DNA from: the human T2T-CHM13v2.0 reference genome, Homo sapiens
DNA: 64,000 nucleotides
Assembly: GCF_009914755.1 (NCBI RefSeq)
Contig: NC_060932.1
Strand: one strand, 5' to 3'
Part shown: positions 54,801-64,000 of the stretch, piece by piece
Layout of the letters: each line of letters starts with the position of its first letter
Numbering within the stretch: position 1 is the first letter of the stretch
Made by a program: the position numbers and the translations under genes
The notes under the pieces: model-generated
What the model saw: the letters and a program-made list of their open reading frames with translations, nothing else
What the model was told of the DNA's origin: nothing
Databases searched by the model: none

Positions 54801-55347
54801 CAAGTGAGGATGTATGTCTTTTTTTTTCTTCCATTCAGCCTGTATTGCTATATAGTAGGACTTGGGAAGCAAGTCCATCAGATAAGCAAGACAGCAGCTC
54901 AGACCCCGTCAATCTCACAATGTAATGGGGAGGACTGACATGAAGCAACCAAATCACAAGCATGATAATTACTGTGATAAGATCTTTGCCATACAATATT
55001 CCTTTTTGTTCCGAGATATCCTTCCCCCTTAAAACCATTTATTTATATCTGATAAGAGTATCAAGACTGACTCAAAGGTCACCTTCTGTGTAAGTTGATT
55101 CCAGCTATAATCCTTTCTAGTCCATATTCTCTCATTTTTATCAATTCAGATTCTTTGATGCTGTGAGGAGTTTCCTTGTTGATACAGAGTTCGATAGTAG
55201 TTGTCAGATTGTGCCATGTGATTGGTCTACACATAACTCAGATGGAGGTAATAGCGGAAGAGGACTAGGCGTAAACTGCTGTGAATGTGAAAAGGTACTT
55301 CCTGCCCATGCTAAGGCCTTGGTAAAAGCTAGCTGCAAGTGTCACAC

Positions 55348-55616
55348 TCTGGAGATAGTAACTGTACTTTCTGTTCTTTTTGCTGCCTTTCTAGGATGGA
55401 ATGCCGTTGAATGATTCCCAAAACCAACTTCGCAGTACTCATGGTATCTGAAATGTATTAGAGAGGTCTTTCACTGAAGGTCTGGAGATAGTAACTGTAT
55501 TTTCTGTTCTTTTTGATGCCTATCTAGGAGGGAATTCCACTGAATGATTCCCAAAACCAACTTTGCAATACTCATGGTATCTCAAATTTATTAGAGAAGT
55601 ATTTCACCGAAGGTCT
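55348..55616. repeat. Tandem duplication, 133-bp unit x2
   Basis: 55351-55483 vs 55484-55616, ungapped, 14 mismatches. Confidence 0.95.
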
Positions 55617-55908
55617 CCAAACAAAGTTAAATTTTATTTGTGTCAATTTAGAGGAAAATTATGTTTCATGTGGCACCATGGAAGGGAAATAAAGAGGCAA
55701 AGGAAACAGCATCATATCTCCTAAGGGTTGAAAGTCATTGTAAATAGGTGCTTTAATTAAGGTTAGTTAGTGACAAGATTAGGACTTATATATCCCCTTT
55801 TATTTATTAACAGTTTAGGCAGCATATATTTTAAGGATTTGGCCATCCCACTAATAAAACCTTGAAACCAGAGATTAAAAAAGTACTGCAAAAGAAAGCT
55901 GTGATCAG

Positions 55909-55984
55909 GTTTGTTTGTTTCTTTCTTTCTTTCTTTCTTTCTTTCCTTCTTTCCTTCTTCTCTCTTTCTTTTTTTTTCTTTTTG
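55909..55984. repeat. (TTTC)n microsatellite
   Basis: Read directly. Confidence 0.95.
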
Positions 55985-56505
55985 TGTCCTTGTCACAACA
56001 ACAATTTTTTAGTTCACCAATTATGCTTTCTTTTTATTATGTCTGGTCATGGTTGAAGCAACTTATAATGAAATAACTGATTGTTTATTTTAAGAGGAAG
56101 ATCAGACCTAGCATTTTAAGGTTGACATCAACTACAGTGAACCTCTTCACTGAAATGGGTCTGAGCATGAGTACCGCTTGTCACTGGGCAAGATTGCAGG
56201 GGGTCCTATTCGCAGAATGCCAGAGACTTCTATCATCCTCAACCCGTCTATTTTGCATTCCAGCAACCTGAGACCCAGAGAAGTTAAATGTGCTGTTTCA
56301 GTGCCAGAATGAGCTAGTGGCAGAGCCTGGATTTATTTGAACCCAAATATTCTGTCTATAACCAGTGTTCCTTGAATCTTGTCAGCTTTCTTCAAGATTT
56401 CTTTTGGCAGTTGGAAGTTTTAGATAATGACACCATGTCTTCCATTACCAAGGAAAAACACTCAATGGGTTTAAGTACTAAGAAAAATATAGAACTTTAT
56501 AATTT

Positions 56506-56533
56506 AAAGAAAGAAATAAGAAGGAAGAAAGGA

Positions 56534-56585
<52 letters not shown>

Positions 56586-56656
56586 AGGAAAGAAAGAAAG
56601 AAGAAAAGAAAGAAAGAAGGAAAGAAAGAAAGAGTGAGGGAGGGAGGGAGGGAGGA
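56506..56656. repeat. (GAAA)n/(GGGA)n purine microsatellite
   Basis: Read directly. Confidence 0.97.
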
Positions 56657-56904
56657 CAATTAGATGTGACCTCTGTGGTAGTACATAATGTGTGGGCCGA
56701 CTGAAAAGAGCCACTCAGCAATGGGGAAGAATTTCATCAAGGAGACAACACATTAATGGGACCTTGAAACATAGGCTGTATTTGACACCTTTGTGGAGGG
56801 CAATGGGTTTGGGCAGGAAGGGACAAGGATACTGCCGGGACCAAGAGGGAGGTTGTCATGGAGAACCAGAGAAGGCAGAAGCCTCAAAGGCACCAAGAGG
56901 GGAA

Positions 56905-56983
56905 TGATTCCAAAGCTTTTGTTGCTCTTATTTTGTTCCTCCTATGGAGTCAAACTATATTCTCTTGCCACTCTCTATGTCTA
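56905..56983 (+). repeat. About 80-bp direct copy of 57631-57710
   Basis: Shared 'tgattccaaagct(t/g)ttgttgctctt...ttgttcctcctatggagtcaaa(c/g)tatattct'. Confidence 0.9.
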
Positions 56984-59063
56984 TGTGATGATCCTGGCCC
57001 AATGTTCACCTAGAGAGCTGCAGGGATGATGCACGCCATCATAACGGGGATTGCTAGGCCAAATGTTCTTGCCAACATTTCAGTTTCTCAAAAGAAAAAA
57101 ATTGAGAAAATATCCATTATTCTTTGTTATGCTAATTATATTCACATAAACATATTCTTATACATGTTCCTTTTTTTCTAGTTATTCCATTTATGCTATT
57201 TATTTCCACTGGATAGAGCTGTGAATTTTGGAAAAGCAAAGATCATTTATAATGTAACCATATTATGTCTAAATCTCCTAATATTATTTGGTGAATACAA
57301 TATGAAATTATATTGAATATATGAAAACATGGGAGATAAAGGAAGAAATCACACCCTCACTATCCATGAGTAGCTACTGGGGGCCCCATACTCACTGCCA
57401 CCCTCATGACCTTATTAAATCCTCTAAGGTCTGTCCCCTCTCTTTTTTAAAATAATCACTTTTCTAGGAACAGAATAATCTAGGATGTAACATTGATTTC
57501 GTTCCTTTTGGGCTTTTTCTTCAGGGCTGGTATTCTTCTGCTATGTTTCATTTGCTTTCTCAATTCCTCCTGAGTTACAAGGCTTTCTATTTTCTCATGT
57601 CTTTCTGGTCATCTCATTTCTGTTTGCAGCTGATTCCAAAGCTGTTGTTGCTCTTGTTGTTCCTCCTATGGAGTCAAAGTATATTCTACTCTCTCCATCC
57701 TCTGTGTCTAGTCATTACGAGAAATGTGCATTACCACTGTTGTGTATTCTGTATGACATAGGCTTGACCAAACAGCCTGCAATCTTCACAATTATTCTTC
57801 CTATGGTACCCTAAATGTTTGCTTAGTGATTACTCAACTTAAAAGCTGAAATCCATTTTTGTAGCAAACATAAGCCACTGGGCTTACATTTCCTGTGTAT
57901 AAGTATTCAAATCAGTGCTACTATATGCATGCAAAATAAAATCATAAGCTTCAGTGACCATCCTGGGTATTTACTAACAATATACCTATGCTAAGTGATG
58001 AGTCATGCCTGGGATACCACATTTTTCTCAGTGAATGCATTTTAAATACCAACAGAACCTAGATGGAGATTATGTTTAAGCAAAAAAAGATTTAAAGTGT
58101 TTCCAATTTTCTAGGTGTGCCAGAGAGCTGCCCACCATGTGGCAACTCATGCTGTCATAGCAGATGGTCATCAAAGGGGTAGCTTAGCACTTATGACTCA
58201 TCCCTTGCACTGTTGCTATATAATTTGCCAAGACAATGAAGAAAAGTCTCTTTCTCATAAATTCATTCCTCCCTCTCTACTGCGTTCTTGTACTCAATCA
58301 AGCCCTCCTATTGACATATATATGTATATATTTTATTCTCCTTGCCCTTTCATCTTCTGTTCTATCTCTAGTCTTCCAGTCATTGCTAAATGTCATGAAG
58401 AATAGACTTCACATCTTCACTACTCCTTACCACTCAACTCCACTATCTTGTTTCTGCTTCTAACAGTACCTACTAATTGACATGATGCTGCTCTTTCAGA
58501 GTCCCTAGTGAATATCCTATTGCAAAATCTAGCGGCCCCTTTCCTAGCCCTCACACTCATGTAATTTTCCAGAGTTAACCATTCATTCCTTCCCCTACTT
58601 AATTTCTATGACACTTCTCTTTTTATCTCTTCTTCTTCTCCTTCCTCCTTTCCTTCTCCTTCTCCTTCTTCTTCTCAGTATCTACTTCCGACCTTCTTTT
58701 TCTTAACCTGCACTTTAAATGTAGAATTCTTGGTATTCTCTGTCCCTATGTGTTCTCCCTGTATGATCTCAGACACTTCTCCAGCCATTATCTACCCTCA
58801 GATGATTTGAAATTTGTATTGTATATACCAGTTATTTTCCTAGGCTCCACATTTACATATGTAGCAGCTTGATGGGCACAGATGTTCCTCTGGACTTCCA
58901 AATTCAATGTGTTCGAAGTGCAATTGGACTGTGAGGAAGTAACACAAGAGCATGGCCTTTGTCTTCAGATGAACCAGGGTTAGATCTCTGGCTCTTAGTT
59001 GCTACAGGACCTTGGAAAACATGCTTGAACTTCTTGTGCAGCTGTAAAATGAAAACTGCCAAA

Positions 59064-60401
59064 CAGGTCCCCAACCCCTGGGCCACAGACTGGTACTGGT
59101 TTGGTCCATGACGTGTTGGGAACCTGGCTGCACAGCAGGAGGTGAGTGGTGGGCTAGCATTATCACCTGGAGCTCAGCCTCCTGTCACATCAGAAGTGGC
59201 ACTGGATTCTTATCGGGGGAACCCACTCCCAATATTTCAACATAGGTTCTTTCTATTTTCCCTAAGTGTTGGTCAGTCTGAGAAATAAAGAGAAAGACCA
59301 CAAAGAGAGGAATTTTATAATTGGGCCACCAGGGGTGACATCACATATCGGTAGGTCCGTGATGCCCACCTGAGCCGCAAAACCAGCAAGTTTTTATTAG
59401 GGATTTCAAAAGAGGAGGGGGTGTATGAACAGGGAGTAGGTCACATGCTTCAAGGGGCAAAAGGCAGAGCAAAGATCACATGCTTCTGAGGAAATAGGAC
59501 CAAGGCAAAATCAGAAACTCCTGATAAGGGTCTATGTTCAGCGGTGCACGTATTGTCTTGATAAACATCTTAACAGAAAACAGGGTTCGAGAGCAGAGAA
59601 CTGGTCTGACCTCAGATTTAGCAGGGCTGGGGTTTCCCAATCCTGGTAAGCCTGAGGGTACTGCAGGAGACCAGGGCGTATCTCAGTCCTTATCTCAACC
59701 GCATAGGACAGACACTCCCAGAGCAGCCGTTTATGGACCTCCCCCCAGGAATGCAATTCTTTTCCTAGGGTCTTAATATTATATTCCCTGGTAGGAAAAG
59801 AATTTAGTGATATCTCTTCTACTTGCATGTCCATTTATAGGCTCTCTGCAAGAAGAAAAATATGGCTTTTTTAGCCCAACCCCGCAGGCAGTCAGACCTT
59901 ATGGTTGTCTTCCCTTGCTCCCTAAAATCGCTGTTATTCTGTTCATTTTCAAGGTGCACTGATTTCATACTGTTCAAACACACGTTTTACAATCAATTTG
60001 TACAGTTAACATAATCATCACAGGGTCCTGAGGTGATGTACCTCCTCAGTTTACGAAGATAACAGGATTGAGATTAAAGTAAGACAGATGCAAGAAATTA
60101 TAAGAGTATTATTAGGGAAGTGATAAATATCTATGAAATCTTCACAATTTATATTCCTCTGCCACGGCGCCAGCCGGTCCCTCCATCCGGGGTCCCTGAC
60201 TTCCCACAACAGATTCTCATAGGAGTGTGAACTGTATTGTGAACTGCACATGCAAGGGATCTGGGTTGCATGCTCCTTATGAGAATCTAATGCTTATTGA
60301 ATCTGAGGTGGAACAGTTTCATCCTGAAACTGTCCCCCCACCACCAGTCTGTGGAAAAATTGTCTTCCACAAAACCAGTCCGTAGTGGTTGGGGACCACT
60401 G
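59064..60401 (+). mobile_element. MER1B-like (hAT-Charlie), split by the MER11 LTR
   Basis: TIRs 'caggtccccaacccc' / 'ggttggggaccactg'; body 'gcacagcaggaggtgag', 'ccttatgagaatctaatgc', 'gtggaaaaattgtcttccac'. Confidence 0.88.
59211..60211 (-). mobile_element. Complete MER11 solo LTR (HERVK11/ERVK; MER11B/C-like)
   Basis: Minus strand begins TGTTGTGGGAAGTCAGGGACCCC and ends GTTCCCCCGATA; perfect 6-bp TSD GATTCT at 59205-59210 and 60212-60217; 1001 bp. Confidence 0.93.
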
Positions 60402-61871
60402 CTATAAAACCTACTTTGCAGAATAACTATGAATATAAAATATCTGAAACAAAACCTAGCAAATTGCTGTCCCTTAATGCATATGAGATATTCTCTATAC
60501 TACATTCTCTCCAATGACTCTTCCACCTATTGCATTCCTATTCCTTTAATCATATCATCATCCCATAATCATTTCCTCTTCCTTCTATCCCAATCCTCAC
60601 ATCTAATCACTGGTCATGTCATGTAGATTCTGTTTCTCTAGATTCCATAGAGTCCACCCTTAGCTGTCTATATTTTGCTCCTTATTTGTTCCTGGATTGT
60701 TGCAATAACAATCAAATTGATTTCTCTGTTTTCCATAAATGGAAAACCAAACCATCCATTATTTCATTATCAGAGTTTTTCTGTTTTCATTTTCAGGAAA
60801 CACAGCAATACTCAGGTTATTCTTCTTAAAACCCTTCAGTAGCTCTGTGTTGCCTATAGCACGATGCTATAATTCCTTTAGCTGTCAATCTCCCTTACAG
60901 TGTTATAATTACTGTCTTTCCAGAGTGTTCCCTCACTACTTCTCTTTCTGCTCTAGTAACACCAGAGTTCTCAATGTCCCTCAAACAAGCTATCCAGGTT
61001 AATGACTTTCTTTCAGTTTTGAATGCTCTTCTTCCCTGATAAAATGCCAGTTACTTTAGCCAGGTCTTCCTTTTTGTTCCTATAACACTTACTTGAATCT
61101 CTGTTTTCATTCTGCATTTATTGTAGTTAATAAGCATTTTCTCCCCACAAGCTAAGTCCTTTGAAATCAGACTAGATAAAGGCAATAAAGGTAGTAAGAA
61201 AGAAATTCAAATGCTAAAGGAAGAACCAAGAAATGTAATTATGCGAACAATAAGGTCAATACAGCAATAAGGGCAATTACTGTGGCTATGCACAAAACTT
61301 TGCTGTGAAACATTTATCAGTTAAGATTTGGTTATTAATTCATTCACTTCACAAATAATTTTGGGGTGAATTCCTTGTGTTTAGCCCTAGGTATTGAAAA
61401 GCAACTAACAAGACTGTTCTGGCTCCTACTCAGAAAAAAATTATGGGAAAATGTTATATACTTCAAACAACCTTAGAGGAATATATACAACAGTTCATTA
61501 TGAAAAGCAAAATTTCTCCTGGTACTAAAGTTTGAGAAAACTTTCTCATTACGAACATAATGTAGGGGATATTGAGTGAAATAATGTATAAGGTTCTCAA
61601 TAATAGTCTTATAATAAATATAGAAGCATGGTTTTATATGACTGTTAAGGTATAACATTGAAAATCATTTCTATCCCCTGCTCTACAGAATGCCTTTACA
61701 TACTGGGGACTTGCTAAATAGTTGTTGAAATCAAGCACTATGATCTGACTTTGTTGATCTTTTTTCAAATACTGACAGATCCATATCCAGTAGTATCATT
61801 GGTATCTTAATCAAAATGGCTTTGTGAATTTATTTATTTGGCACCAAAGAATCTTTGTCTGATGGCCTATA

Positions 61872-62368
61872 TGTATTAGTTTCCCATTGCTGCTACAACA
61901 AATTACCACACAACAGGTGGCTTAAAATAACCAAAGTTATCTTATAATTCTGTAGTTTAGAAGTCCCATATAGTTCTCAGTGGGCTAAAATCAAGACTCT
62001 GGCAGGGCTGGATTCTTTTATGGTGACTCAAAGGCAGAATCTGTTTCCCTTCTTTTTTTAGCCTCAAGAGGCAACCCATATTCCTTGACATATGGCACTC
62101 TTCCTCCATCTTTTAAGCCAATAGTGTTGCATCACTCTGATCATTACTACATACTCACATTTTCCTCTAACTGCAGCTGAAAAAGATTCTCTGCTTTAAA
62201 GGACTCATGTGATTATATTGGACACTTCTGGATAAATCAGGATAACCTCCCCATAACAAGATCCTTAGCTTAATCACATCTGCAAAGTCTTTTGTCATAT
62301 AATATATTTACAGGTTTCAGGGATCCATATGAGAATATTGGGGGGGGGGACATTATTTCACCTGCCAT
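61872..62368 (-). mobile_element. MLT1C/D-like MaLR solo LTR
   Basis: 'tgtattagtttcccattgctgctacaacaaattaccac...ctaaaatcaag...aaggactcatgtgattatattgg...ttaatcacatctgcaaagtc'. Confidence 0.88.
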
Positions 62369-62451
62369 ATATCTTACTGTCATGTTCTAATTTATAATAG
62401 AGACTACGAATTCCAAAGTGCCATTTCAAAGAAGCAAATTGCAGGATGTAA

Positions 62452-62893
<442 letters not shown>

Positions 62894-64000
62894 TTTTACT
62901 GCTTTTGTAAGGTTAGACTTTGGAATTAAAAGAGGGTGTCTGAGGTGACCATGTCAGAATTTGCTCCTTTACAGAGAACATTGGAGATCCCTCTTCCCCT
63001 CTCTCTTTCTAATGTTATGCATTTCTCGACACCTGATGTAGAATTGATAATGGGTTAAAAGCATCTTTTCCATTTCTTTGACTAGAGCAAAATGAAGCCA
63101 TAAAAATATCTACCAACCCTGGGAAGCTCTTGCATAAATGACTGGTGTTTATTGCTAATGTAAAATGTTTTTGATTGTGAACATGCTGCTGTGTGATCTT
63201 CTGAATAAAGATAATTTTATACTGTATGAATAATTTCCCTTTGTTTTCCAAAGTGTTTGAGTGGTTAGAAAAAATATTTTTATTATATGTCTGTCAGTTT
63301 CACTATACAAAATTGAAACAATCTTGGAAGTTATGAGTACAACCAGATGGATGAAGATTTCCGATTCCAGTCTGGAATGTGAACAAAGCATAAATGCTGT
63401 TTGTGGATTATGAGTTATTTACTAGGACTTATCTTAGAACAACGTAATCAGTACCTCAGCAACTATCTAGTTCTGCACACAGCAGGCACTCATTAAATGT
63501 TTATTATTTGAATAAGAGAATCATTTTATTTGTCTTCCCATCAATAGTTGTTCAATTCTATTTTTCCCAGTCAGTGCCTCATACTACAATTGTTCATCCT
63601 GTACCTAAAATTAATACACATTCCCAAATTTGTTACATTGTTTTGGAGAATACATGACTCAGCCTTTTTGCCAAATGCTATACCTTTCCAGAAGCCTTAT
63701 AATTATACTTTGTTAATTGCAAACCACAAAGCTGCCATCATTTCTTTCTCTCTCTCTTTGTAAAAAAAATGGTATCCCAGAATAGATAAAGAAGCCATGA
63801 TTTATATGACTCTCTTTTCCTTTCTGTTACAAACTTGTTTCCCTCTCCCACAATAGGAAGAAATTATTAGGCAGATTAAAAGCTTTCCTTATGGAATCTG
63901 TAAAAGAAATGATGCTTGTACTCGGCTCCCGACTGCAAAGGCCACCAACAGAGTAAGGGATGGCAGAAAGGACACGGAAAAAGAGATGCAGGCTGAGATT

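Larger units (their letters stand above)
58930..60480 (+). mobile_element. MIR split by MER1 (about 58930-59063 and 60402-60480)
   Basis: 'gaccttggaaaacatgcttgaacttc...ctgtaaaatg' continues as 'acctactttgcaga'. Confidence 0.55.
58230..61160 (+). mobile_element. L2 fragments (about 58230-58900 and 60480-61160) hosting nested MIR, MER1 and MER11
   Basis: L2 motifs 'tgctctttcagagtccctagtgaatatcctattgcaaaatctag', 'cctggattgttgcaataac', 'cttaaaacccttcagtagctc'. Confidence 0.6.

Noticed and set aside
52186-55616. Direct repeats considered as a CRISPR-like array
   Set aside because: Two copies each, no spacers, no cas genes, eukaryotic context.

Overview
Primate (probably human) AT-rich intronic or intergenic DNA. 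I recognise no protein-coding gene, rRNA, tRNA or CRISPR array. Most of the longest ORFs in the track are read-throughs of Alu, L1, LTR or simple repeats, and none of the rest is recognisable. The window holds 10 Alus, many L1/L2/MIR/CR1 fragments, DNA-transposon relics (MER30, MER44 x2, MER1, MER53, MER94-like, MER5) and LTRs (a complete MER11 solo LTR, MLT1, MLT2). Repeat subfamily names come from remembered consensus sequences and were not run through RepeatMasker. Structure not explained by the repeats: (1) a near-perfect inverted repeat with 47-bp arms in unique DNA at 26572-26678, shaped like a pre-miRNA; (2) several short local duplications, three dispersed (8113/10161, 31284/32056, 56905/57631) and two tandem (55348-55616, 52186-52262); (3) a CT microsatellite bracketed by a 15-bp direct repeat; (4) a speculative chain of + strand splice signals at 1.8-7.5 kb that could encode a 65-68 aa peptide; (5) rearranged or nested retroelements. 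I cannot support a claim of a new biological system. These are leads to test.
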